Positions 36,400 through 45,075 of a stretch of 56,022 nucleotides of DNA are shown one piece after another (positions within the stretch are counted from its first letter, which is position 1; each line of letters opens with the position of its first letter). The stretch comes from an uncultured bacterium (GTDB lineage: Bacteria; Bacteroidota; Bacteroidia; Bacteroidales; JACABE01). The stretch spans positions 1 through 56,022 of the forward strand of contig CAIWDQ010000383.1 of assembly GCA_903911455.1 (NCBI GenBank), given 5' to 3'. Under the pieces are notes generated by a model. That model searched no databases and had not been told where the DNA came from. It saw only the letters and a list, made by a program, of their open reading frames with translations. A program made the translations under genes and the position numbers.

Positions 36400-36630
36400 G
36401 AAGCGTTACGCCACTTAAATGACATTTTACGACCCCGTAAAACTGCATTTAAGTGGCGTAAGATTGCATTTAAGTAGCGAAACATTGCATTTAAGTAGCG
36501 AAGCGTTTCATTAGAATGGCGAAGCGTTTCATTTAACTAGCGAAACGTGTCATTAGAATGGCGAAGTGTTCCATCTAACTAGCAAAACGTTTTATAAAGA
36601 TAATGAATCGCATCATTATAAGCGTTTTCT
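36400..36630. repeat. 21-bp phased degenerate tandem array D (11 units)
   Basis: Units such as ATTGCATTTAAGTAGCGAAAC and GTTTCATTAGAATGGCGAAGC. All counted boundaries are 21 nt apart. Confidence 0.85.
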
Positions 36631-36654
36631 GTTTTATTTTTTTTATGATTTTCT

Positions 36655-36747
36655 TTATCTTATTACAAATTTCATTTAGTTATAAGATAAAGAAAGGGAA
36701 GAAGAGAAGGCAAATTAAGAATTAAAAATTAAGAATTAAGAATTGAA
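36655..36747. repeat. composite intergenic module, copy 2 (partial)
   Basis: Hairpin TTATCTTA-N20-TAAGATAA (36655-36690), a purine tract, then five AATTAAG-type heptamers (36713-36747). Confidence 0.65.
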
Positions 36748-36822
36748 AGACAATCTTAAATATTTATATGATAAAGACCTAACTTCTTACGTACGGAGTT
36801 AGGTCTAACGTATTTATTTTAT

Positions 36823-36955
36823 CACCGAAAGGGAAATTATTGTCTTCTTTAGGCACATCTTTCTTATCTTATTAATAAATGTAATTTAATTTAAGATAAA
36901 AAAGAGAAAAGAACTAAATCAATTAAAAATTAAGAATTAATAATTAATAATTAAA
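36823..36955. repeat. composite intergenic module, copy 3
   Basis: CACCGAAAGGG (36823-), hairpin TTATCTTA-N20-TAAGATAA (36864-36899), a purine tract, then five AATTAAn heptamers (36921-36955). It is preceded by the hairpin GACCTAACT..AGTTAGGTC (36776-36805). Confidence 0.65.
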
Positions 36956-36991
36956 GAGATAAATCTTCTATGCTATAATCACTTTAGATAT

Positions 36992-38521
36992 TTAAAGTAC
37001 TTTAGAAGTTCTCTTATGAATCAAAAATAAACCGACAAAAGTCAGTAACCCATTTAGTATGATAAGTTCAAAGCCAAACTCATAACCATTGAACCATGCT
37101 TTGGAATGTGTGCTTAGAATATAACAGATAATTGGTGATAAAATAGCAACTAATGGGACCCATTTATCGTTGGTTTTTAGTTTAGTAAAGAGTCCGAAGG
37201 AATACAAACCAAGTAAAGGACCATAAGTGTAACCGGCTATCTTAAACAAATTCTTTACCACCGTTCCATCGTTGATGGCGCGGAAAGTGATGATAACGAA
37301 CAATAATAAAAGGGCAAAACTTATATGAACCAGATACCGAATACGAATCTTATGCTTCTCATCAAGCTTATCTTTCTTGGGTAAACCCAGAAAGTCTATG
37401 CAAAAGGAAGTAGTAAGAGAAGTTAAAGCGCCATCTGCACTGGGATAAGCTGCTGAAATCAATCCTATCATGAAAATCAAACCGGCTAAAGGTCCTAAAT
37501 GACGGATAGATACGAAAGAAAACAAATCATCGCTGGCAGTTGGGGGAGTTATTCCCTTAGTTTTTACATATATTAATAGAATTGCTCCCAGAAATAAAAA
37601 TAAAAGATTAACAAAAACCAATATAAAGCTAAAGCTAAACATGTTTTTCTGAGCTTCTTTAATATTTCTGCAACTTAAATTCTTTTGCATCATCTCCTGA
37701 TCTAATCCCGTCATTGTTATAGTGATAAACATCCCACTAAAGAACTGTTTGATGTAGTTTCGCGGATCATTCCAGTCGGTAACTATTATCTTGGAGTTAA
37801 CTGAATGAATAACTGACGAAAGCATATCGCCAAAACCTGTGTTTAATTCTCTTAAAATAAATATTATCGTTAAAACTAAAGCCCCTAACATAAAGGTAGT
37901 CTGTAGGGTATCAGTCCAGATGATGGTTTTTATGCCTCCTTTAAAAGTATAAACAATTATTAATAAGATAAACATACTTACTGTGAAGCCGAAAGGGATG
38001 TTCCAGGCATCAAAGATGAAAACCTGAAGGACATTTACTACTAAAAACATACGAAACGAAGCTCCGATAACTCGTGAAATAATAAAAAAGAAAGCACCTG
38101 TTTTATACGGCCAGAAACCAAAACGTTGATCAAGGTAAGTGTATATACTAGTGAGGTTGAGCCTGTAATAAAGGGGCATTAATACTAAAGCGATGACGAA
38201 ATAGCCGGCAAGATAACCTAAAACGACCATCAGATACGTGAATTGTGTGTCCCTAACCCAACCCGGCACCGACAAAAAGGTGACACCCGACATTGAAGCT
38301 CCGATCATTCCGTATGCAATCACGAACCATGGTGATGATTTGTTGCCACGAAAGAAGGATTCGTTGTTAGATCTTCTTGCAGTAATCCAAGTGATTAAGA
38401 AGAGCAAGACAGTGTATCCTAAGAAGCTGAATAGTATTAATTGAGGTGTCAAATTGCTGTTATTAGTTATTATTTGTAAAAATGAAAGGGCAAAAGTACA
38501 AAAATGATTGCTACATTGCAT
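36992..38521 (-). CDS. sodium:solute symporter family transporter (start uncertain)
   Basis: Multi-TM SSF pattern (..GNKSSPWFVIAYGMIGASMSGVTFLSVPG..). A -7 box lies inside the 5' end of the ORF, so the true start may be the TTG at 38449 (M-TPQLILFSF..) rather than the ATG at 38521 or the TTG at 38545. Confidence 0.8.
   Translation of the reverse strand: MQCSNHFCTFALSFLQIITNNSNLTPQLILFSFLGYTVLLFLITWITARRSNNESFFRGNKSSPWFVIAYGMIGASMSGVTFLSVPGWVRDTQFTYLMVVLGYLAGYFVIALVLMPLYYRLNLTSIYTYLDQRFGFWPYKTGAFFFIISRVIGASFRMFLVVNVLQVFIFDAWNIPFGFTVSMFILLIIVYTFKGGIKTIIWTDTLQTTFMLGALVLTIIFILRELNTGFGDMLSSVIHSVNSKIIVTDWNDPRNYIKQFFSGMFITITMTGLDQEMMQKNLSCRNIKEAQKNMFSFSFILVFVNLLFLFLGAILLIYVKTKGITPPTASDDLFSFVSIRHLGPLAGLIFMIGLISAAYPSADGALTSLTTSFCIDFLGLPKKDKLDEKHKIRIRYLVHISFALLLLFVIITFRAINDGTVVKNLFKIAGYTYGPLLGLYSFGLFTKLKTNDKWVPLVAILSPIICYILSTHSKAWFNGYEFGFELIILNGLLTFVGLFLIHKRTSKVL
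38491..38498 (-). promoter_or_regulatory. -7 box TACTTTTG for the symporter gene
   Basis: TAnnTTTG match. It lies downstream of the two longest candidate start codons. Confidence 0.4.
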
Positions 38522-38564
38522 TAAAAATAGTAATTTTACCGTCAAATAAAATCAAACAATAAGC

Positions 38565-39179
38565 GTGGAAAGTCTACCTTCTAAACTAGTGGAGAATGCA
38601 GTAAACGAATTATCAAGGTTGCCCGGTATCGGTAAGAAGACGGCACTTAGATTAGCTCTTTTTCTTTTGAAACAAGATAAAAGTATGGTTGAAGATTTCG
38701 GAAATGCCGTTATCAGGATGCGTCAGGATGTTAGATATTGTACTATCTGCCATAATATTTCTGACGATGATGTGTGCGAGATATGTAAAAGTACTAAAAG
38801 AAACCGTGCTATTATCTGCGTAGTTGAAGATATCCGCGATGTGATGGCGATTGAAAACACTTCACAATACAATGGTGTTTACCACGTACTTGGCGGCATC
38901 ATTTCACCGATTGAAGGCATTGGTCCGGGAGATATTAATGTTAAAACTTTAGTTGAAAAGGTAAAAACAGGTGAAGTTAAAGAGATAATTATGGCGTTGC
39001 CTACTACAATTGAAGGCGATACTACTAATTTTTATCTTTATAAGCAGTTAAAAGAATATGAAATTACTGTTTCAACCATTGCAAGAGGCATCGCAATAGG
39101 TGATGATCTGGAATATACCGATGAGATTACTCTTGGGAGATCTATCATCAACAGAACACCTTACATTAATTCTATATAA
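38565..39179 (+). CDS. recR: recombination protein RecR
   Basis: 204 aa. HhH (LSRLPGIGKKTALRLA), C4 zinc finger (CTICHNISDDDVCEIC) and a Toprim domain. GTG start. Confidence 0.92.
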   Translation: MESLPSKLVENAVNELSRLPGIGKKTALRLALFLLKQDKSMVEDFGNAVIRMRQDVRYCTICHNISDDDVCEICKSTKRNRAIICVVEDIRDVMAIENTSQYNGVYHVLGGIISPIEGIGPGDINVKTLVEKVKTGEVKEIIMALPTTIEGDTTNFYLYKQLKEYEITVSTIARGIAIGDDLEYTDEITLGRSIINRTPYINSI

Positions 39180-39185
39180 GGTATT

Positions 39186-41555
39186 TTATTTTGCAATGAT
39201 AAGTTCAGGAACACCTTTAGTAATAAAATAAACAGCTAATCTGGGTGTATCATCGTCAATATACTTACAATCAAAGGTAATAGTATGCTGCCCTGTTGAC
39301 ATTAAAGGAAATTTAGCCACAGTTAGAGTATTGATAAGCTTACCTTTGGCATCAAATACCAGTAATTTGTCGCTACCATCAGTCACTATCTTTTCTCCTC
39401 CATTTAATTGAGTTGGAATCTTAAGCTCATAGTAGTTATCTATCACCATAATAATGTCTTTGATGGTCCCTTTAGTCTTTTCAGCAACTATTCTGAAAGA
39501 AAGTGCCTGTTCATTATCGTTATTTGTATAATTCCATGAAGAGTTTACAGGTTCTCCGGGCTGTTTAAATTCTTTTTCATGAACAAATCCTCTAGATATA
39601 TGGTATTGAAGCAGATTCCATGATTTATCATTAACTTTAGAAAGATGAAATTCAAACTTTGGGTTCTTCAACAATTGTTTTTGTTCTTCACTAAAGGCAT
39701 GAGAACGGCGCGCCGACTCCCAATTGTTGATAGCATCCAGTAATATATCAGTGTTTTGGTTTTTCTTAGCATCTTTATACCTCACAACCATAGCAAAACC
39801 TGCATCATAACCGGCCGCACGTGCTAACATCCACTCCATCTCTGACAAAGTAGTGTTGGCTGTAAGTAAATACCAGCCTAACATGTGTGGCAAGTAGTTA
39901 CGATCAAATAAACCCTGGTTGTCTATCCTGTATTGTTGCATACTTTCGTTAAAACCACCGTACCAAGGCTCTCCCCAGTTGCAATAAGTATTAATATGCC
40001 AGTAAAAAGGCTCTGAATTAGAAGTCCCGTTGATAACTGTATGGTCTAAATTGTCATAAAACTCCTTCGCAAACACTTCAATACCATAATCACCCTGTCC
40101 GCAAGAAAGACTTCCTTCTGAACCATCAAAATCCATCTGACAAATACCTGTTTCATTAAATATTTTAGCAAGATTACGTGCAATTTCCTTGTCTAAATCA
40201 ATATTTGGAAAGAAAACTTTGTAAGGATGATCCATAAGTTTTGCAGCTTTTTCCCCTTTTTTATGTTGAGAAGTATAAGTTCCAAAAGCTCCCCTCTGAC
40301 AATTCAGTAATTGATAAGGAGCTATAGAAGTGACAGTCCTGTAACGAATCAATTCTTTCCCAATCTTTATAGTATGAAGATTGTTTTGTTTTTCATTATT
40401 AAAATATTCGGGAGAAAGAACCGTAATTGTACTGTCTTTATCACTAATATCATTATCTAAATAACTAAAACCAGTAATAGCAAGACGATCATCGGGAATA
40501 GGAGTAACATATTTATCATCAGTAGTTATAAAATTAGATAAAGTATGAACACCTAAATGAATTCCAAGCTTTTCGGCTTTCTTAACACAAGCTTTTACAC
40601 CTTCTTTGTTGTGAAAAAAAGTATAAACAGTGTCAAAATCGTAATGCCCCCAGTTCTGGAAAGGACCTTCGTGATAAAGAGTCATCAAACCAGCACGTTT
40701 TGTGTAAGCTAGCATCTCATCTATATTATTTTCATCAAAGTTAGAGATAATATAAGAGCGTCCGGTCTCAGGCGAAACCTTAGTCCACACACCATTAATA
40801 AGTGGATGAGGTAAACCCTCGGCTATTTCAATTTCACCAATAGTATTTAATGCATCTTTTTCGTAGCAACCAAAAATAGCTATCTTACTTCCCATAACAT
40901 TCTCATTAGGCATAGCATCTACAGGTGCATTCATAAATTGCTTGTTCCACACATCCACATTTCTAGGCTTCGAACGATTAAGAGCAAAAGCTTGCAAAGT
41001 ACTTCCCCAGCGTTGTTTGATAGCAGTACTGCTTCTTGAAATATCCGAACCTTCGTTATTCAAAAGCTTCCCGCCAAGGGTCTTAACATTAAGCACCTGA
41101 ATACCGATGGCAAAGATTTCGTTACGGACTACACCAATAATTTCGCCAACTGTCTTTGAAATTGTGGTAGGATAAGGGCCCCATATAACTGCCTCAATAA
41201 GATCGGGTTTGTCAACGTTAATAAGTTCAATAACTAGATGAGTTTTCTTCTCACTTACCTTAAGAGTCAGCTCTACTTTATTATTAGGATAAACTAAAAC
41301 TAAGGTTGAATCCATTTTGTTATAGATCATTGAGTCTGGATTCTCCATCCCTTTAGCCGTTTTAATACTTATAATCGGAGCTAAAGTGTCCTGATAAATA
41401 TATTCATTTTTATCAATTGTATTATATAACGACCTGATGTTGCCTTGATCGCTAATCATAAGACGAAGCTTGCCTGCATTTAAAAACAACTGGGCATTAG
41501 CATTAATATTTATAAGAAACAATATAAAAACTAGTGTAATTATGAGCTTTTTCAT
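39186..41555 (-). CDS. secreted hypothetical protein, possibly glycoside-hydrolase-like
   Basis: Signal peptide MKKLIITLVFILFLININANAQ starts at 41555 (the track start at 41591 overlaps the promoter box). About 789 aa. No family recognised by eye. Confidence 0.65.
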   Translation of the reverse strand: MKKLIITLVFILFLININANAQLFLNAGKLRLMISDQGNIRSLYNTIDKNEYIYQDTLAPIISIKTAKGMENPDSMIYNKMDSTLVLVYPNNKVELTLKVSEKKTHLVIELINVDKPDLIEAVIWGPYPTTISKTVGEIIGVVRNEIFAIGIQVLNVKTLGGKLLNNEGSDISRSSTAIKQRWGSTLQAFALNRSKPRNVDVWNKQFMNAPVDAMPNENVMGSKIAIFGCYEKDALNTIGEIEIAEGLPHPLINGVWTKVSPETGRSYIISNFDENNIDEMLAYTKRAGLMTLYHEGPFQNWGHYDFDTVYTFFHNKEGVKACVKKAEKLGIHLGVHTLSNFITTDDKYVTPIPDDRLAITGFSYLDNDISDKDSTITVLSPEYFNNEKQNNLHTIKIGKELIRYRTVTSIAPYQLLNCQRGAFGTYTSQHKKGEKAAKLMDHPYKVFFPNIDLDKEIARNLAKIFNETGICQMDFDGSEGSLSCGQGDYGIEVFAKEFYDNLDHTVINGTSNSEPFYWHINTYCNWGEPWYGGFNESMQQYRIDNQGLFDRNYLPHMLGWYLLTANTTLSEMEWMLARAAGYDAGFAMVVRYKDAKKNQNTDILLDAINNWESARRSHAFSEEQKQLLKNPKFEFHLSKVNDKSWNLLQYHISRGFVHEKEFKQPGEPVNSSWNYTNNDNEQALSFRIVAEKTKGTIKDIIMVIDNYYELKIPTQLNGGEKIVTDGSDKLLVFDAKGKLINTLTVAKFPLMSTGQHTITFDCKYIDDDTPRLAVYFITKGVPELIIAK

Positions 41556-41588
41556 GATACTATTATTAGGTTTGATTATAATATTTGG

Positions 41589-41596
41589 CAAAAATA
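41589..41596 (-). promoter_or_regulatory. -7 box TATTTTTG
   Basis: TAnnTTTG match 33 nt upstream of the ATG at 41555. Confidence 0.45.
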
Positions 41597-41603
41597 CTAA
41601 AAT

Positions 41604-41638
41604 AATTATGAATTATGAATTATGAATGATGAATTGAG
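41604..41638. repeat. 7-bp microsatellite (AATTATG)3 AATGATG AATTGAG
   Basis: Five heptamers immediately upstream of the -7 box. Confidence 0.75.
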
Positions 41639-41909
41639 ACTTATATGATTGAAAGTAAAGGTGAAAATAAATAATTTTTATAATATACATTTAAACAAGA
41701 AATAAAAGTTGTGCCTAATCATCAATACATTTTCATTTATTAATTCTGTTATATAAAGACTTTCTTAAATACAAATTAAAGTTATCGAAAAATTATTTCA
41801 CTACTGTGAAAAAAGTAGTAAGTAAAAACATACTTTTATGGTTCAATAATATGATTTTGGCTAATTTAAATCTGAATTATGTTAACTAAAAGCTGAGCTT
41901 TATGCTATT

Positions 41910-42140
41910 ACGCTTGCTTTTACCCTAAACACGCTTGCTTTACCCTGAAACACGCTTGCTTTTACCCTAAACACGCTTGCTTTTACCTGAAACACGTCTG
42001 CTTTTACCAATAACACGCTTGCATTTACCTAAAACACGTCTGCTTTTACCAATAACACGCTTGCATTTACCTAAAACACGCTTGCTTTTGCCTATAACAC
42101 GCTTGCTTTTACCTAAAACACGCTTGTGTTACCCTAAAGT
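41910..42140. repeat. 21-bp phased degenerate tandem array E (11 units)
   Basis: Consensus ACGCTTGCTTTTACCTAAAAC. Every unit is 21 nt. Confidence 0.9.
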
Positions 42141-42237
42141 AAGCTATCACGTACTAAATTCAAGTTGTAGTTAGCTAAATGCAGTTGTAAAGTCCCTTAT
42201 ATTAAGTGATATCTTAGTAAAAGAAGATCTGTTTTGT

Positions 42238-43362
42238 TTAAATAAATAATTCGGCAGCTATACCATCCGCTATAAACTTGCCGGTTCGGGTAAGATAATA
42301 AGAAGTTGCATTCTCTTCTATAGTTTTAAATAAAAGAAATTGTTTTATATTCTCATCAAAATGTTGATTGTATTCTTTATTGAAATGATGTTTCAGATAC
42401 TCTTTATTAATCCCCCAGATAGTCCGCAACGAAGTAAGTATATACTCGTTATATTGCTGTTCAGTACTTAAAATCTCACTTTCAAAAGGGATTATTTCAT
42501 TGTTGATAGACGAAATATACTTTGTAATATTAGCTGTATTCCACTGTCGTGAATGGGAATTGAAGGAATGTGCCGAAGGACCTAAGCCAAGATACTTTTT
42601 CTGGCGCCAGTAATTACTGTTATGTATCGAAATAAAACCATCTTTACAGAAGTTAGATATTTCGTAGTGGATATAATTATTCTCAGTCATCCTGTCCATC
42701 AAAATTACAAACTGACGAATACCTTGTTCTTCGTCAACAGGCTTAGCTTTGCCTTTGTTAATAAGATGATGCAGAGCAGTACCTTCCTCAATAGTAAGAC
42801 AATAAGAAGATATGTGTGGGATGTTTAAATCAAAAGCTATTGATAGATTATCATTCCACCTTTGGTCACTAGCACCGGGAATGCCATATATAAGATCAAT
42901 AGTAATATTATTAAACCCAGTATCCTGTGCACGCTTAATGGCTTCAATAGCTTGTTCTGACGAATGAATACGATTAAGATACTCAAGATCTTCCTTAAAG
43001 AAAGACTGAACTCCCATACTAAAACGATTAACTGGAGTGTTCTTTAATTCAATGATCTTTTCTTTGGTAAGATCATCGGGATTGGCTTCCAGAGTTATCT
43101 CAGCATCCTTATTTATAGTATAATATTTATAAAGTTGATTGAAGATTGCATCTAAATTATCTTTGGTAAGAAGCGAAGGCGTGCCACCTCCAAAGTAAAT
43201 AGTATTTATTTCTTCATCCTTAAGATAAGTATGTTGTAGAGCAATCTCCTTTAACAAAGCATCAATAAAAGCTTCCTTAGTTTTACCAGAAGCCGATGAA
43301 AAGAAATTGCAATAATTGCATTTCTGCTTACAATAAGGAATGTGAATGTAGATGCCGGCCAT
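42238..43362 (-). CDS. hemW: radical SAM heme chaperone HemW / HemN-like protein
   Basis: 374 aa. N-terminal IYIHIPYCKQKCNYCNF (CxxxCxxC radical SAM cluster) with HemN-like length and C-terminal domain. Confidence 0.85.
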   Translation of the reverse strand: MAGIYIHIPYCKQKCNYCNFFSSASGKTKEAFIDALLKEIALQHTYLKDEEINTIYFGGGTPSLLTKDNLDAIFNQLYKYYTINKDAEITLEANPDDLTKEKIIELKNTPVNRFSMGVQSFFKEDLEYLNRIHSSEQAIEAIKRAQDTGFNNITIDLIYGIPGASDQRWNDNLSIAFDLNIPHISSYCLTIEEGTALHHLINKGKAKPVDEEQGIRQFVILMDRMTENNYIHYEISNFCKDGFISIHNSNYWRQKKYLGLGPSAHSFNSHSRQWNTANITKYISSINNEIIPFESEILSTEQQYNEYILTSLRTIWGINKEYLKHHFNKEYNQHFDENIKQFLLFKTIEENATSYYLTRTGKFIADGIAAELFI

Positions 43363-43364
43363 TT

Positions 43365-43413
43365 AATTATGAATTATGAGTTATGAATTATGAATTATGA
43401 ATTATGAATGAAA
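43365..43413. repeat. 7-bp microsatellite, seven AATTATG-type units, in the hemW 5' leader
   Basis: Starts 3 nt from the hemW start codon. Positions 43385-43410 are the perfect reverse complement of 43517-43542. Confidence 0.85.
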
Positions 43414-43516
43414 ACAATATAAATTATGAATAAATGAAGACTTAGTTTTAGAAACCTAGATTTTTTTCTGCCTTTAGGTTGGCATTGAAAGTACTTAAGT
43501 TCATATAAATTCCCCC

Positions 43517-43544
43517 CATTCATAATTCATAATTCATAATTCTT
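43517..43544. repeat. inverted copy of the heptamer run (CATTCAT AATTCAT AATTCAT AATTCTT)
   Basis: Lies 8 nt from the histidine kinase stop. It forms a 26-bp perfect inverted repeat with 43385-43410 around a 106-bp spacer. Confidence 0.85.
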
Positions 43545-43551
43545 TCCAGCA

Positions 43552-45075
43552 TTAGCTCTTCAGCATGATCCTGAAGGTAGTTCCTTTGTTTATTACTGAT
43601 GATTTAACGAATATCTTTCCTGAATGGTATTCTTTAATAATACGTTTTGAAAGTGATAATCCCAATCCCCAGCCACGTTTCTTAGAAGTATATCCGGGGT
43701 TAAAGATAGTACTGAACTGCGACTTAGGTATCCCTTTTCCTGTATCACTAATATCTATGTAAATATACTTATTGTCTTCAAACATTTCTACACGAATCTC
43801 GCCTGTACCACCCATTGCATCAATAGCATTCTTACAAATATTCTCAATCACCCATTCGAAAAGATGGATGTTTAATGGGATAATGATCTCTTTGTTTTCG
43901 GGAAGTATCTGTACATAATTAACGCTCTTTGGTGAACGGGTAATAAGATATGAAACAGCCCCCTTTACCACATCAACTATGTTCTGTTTAGTAAGTTCCG
44001 GTTCCGAACCTATCTTTGAGAAACGTTGAGTAATTGTATCCAGTCTTTTGATGTCCTTATCAATCTCATCAGTTATAGAAGTCTCAATACCTCTTAGTTT
44101 AAGCAATTCCGCCCAAGCGATAATAGAAGAAAGAGGAGTACCTAACTGATGTGCAGTTTCTTTTGACATACCAAGCCACACCTGATTTTGTTCCGACTTT
44201 CGGGCTGTACTAAACAAGACATAAGATACCAGAAGGAACACACTTATGATCAACAACTGTGCATAAGGATAATACTTTAACTGAGTAAGAAGATAGGAGT
44301 TTTCATAAAAGATATACTTCTTACCAGTGCCTGCCAGATTAAACTCTATTGGAGCGTTCTCCGAAGCCATCACATGTATCAAATGCTTGATGGAAGTAGT
44401 GTCTTGAAGTTTATTCTTATCAATATTACCCGAAGCAAGAACAACTAGCTGAGAGCTATCTGAAATAATAACAGGCACCGACATAGAGTTATCCACAACC
44501 TCCGAAAAGAATGATTGAAAAAGATCGTGAAGTACTTCTCTTAGTTCAGTATATAGTTTCGATTCCTTATAAAACAGATAAGAAACCACATGATACTCAT
44601 CATATTTAATAGGAGGATACTTCGAGAACTCTTCTTTTAAATCCCCTTCAAGCACCTTTCCTTCCTTTATCTTGCTTGTATCATGATCATCAATATTACG
44701 ACAAAGTGTGATAACAAAATCCTTGTTTGTAACAACTACCGGGATATTAGTATTCTCAGATACTATCTGAAGATAAAAAGTAAGGTCTGAATTAGCTCCG
44801 TTATTATCGGGGTTCATCAATCTTTGATGCGCTTCGGCCCAAAGTTCTACACGTTTACGTTCTTCAATCTTAATCTTATCAAAAAAACCATTGGTATAAT
44901 TAACCAGATTAGCTTTGCGCTGAATGGCTTCTGCCCAAAACTTAACTTTATTACGTTCGTCGCGGGCAATCTTCTTAACCAGAGTGTTGGTATACCACAA
45001 CGACAGTGCAACTATAATAATTGCAGAGATAAACAGCACCCACTTCCAACGTTTCTTTCTTGAGTATATATCCAA
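43552..45075 (-). CDS. sensor histidine kinase (no adjacent response regulator)
   Basis: 507 aa. Two TM helices flank a ~230-aa extracytoplasmic region. H-box ETAHQLGTPLSS and HATPase boxes (NAIDAM.., GWGLGLSL). Confidence 0.85.
   Translation of the reverse strand: MDIYSRKKRWKWVLFISAIIIVALSLWYTNTLVKKIARDERNKVKFWAEAIQRKANLVNYTNGFFDKIKIEERKRVELWAEAHQRLMNPDNNGANSDLTFYLQIVSENTNIPVVVTNKDFVITLCRNIDDHDTSKIKEGKVLEGDLKEEFSKYPPIKYDEYHVVSYLFYKESKLYTELREVLHDLFQSFFSEVVDNSMSVPVIISDSSQLVVLASGNIDKNKLQDTTSIKHLIHVMASENAPIEFNLAGTGKKYIFYENSYLLTQLKYYPYAQLLIISVFLLVSYVLFSTARKSEQNQVWLGMSKETAHQLGTPLSSIIAWAELLKLRGIETSITDEIDKDIKRLDTITQRFSKIGSEPELTKQNIVDVVKGAVSYLITRSPKSVNYVQILPENKEIIIPLNIHLFEWVIENICKNAIDAMGGTGEIRVEMFEDNKYIYIDISDTGKGIPKSQFSTIFNPGYTSKKRGWGLGLSLSKRIIKEYHSGKIFVKSSVINKGTTFRIMLKS

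Noticed and set aside
41977-42174. ORF 41977-42174 (+) encoding LLPITRLHLPKTR repeats
   Set aside because: It is an artefact of translating array E: a 7-codon periodicity imposed by the 21-bp repeat, with no independent coding signal.
43411-43516. The spacer between the 26-bp inverted repeats as a proven invertible promoter
   Set aside because: There is no exact TAnnTTTG box in either orientation and no nearby site-specific recombinase gene. It is kept as a hypothesis in the findings, not as a feature call.
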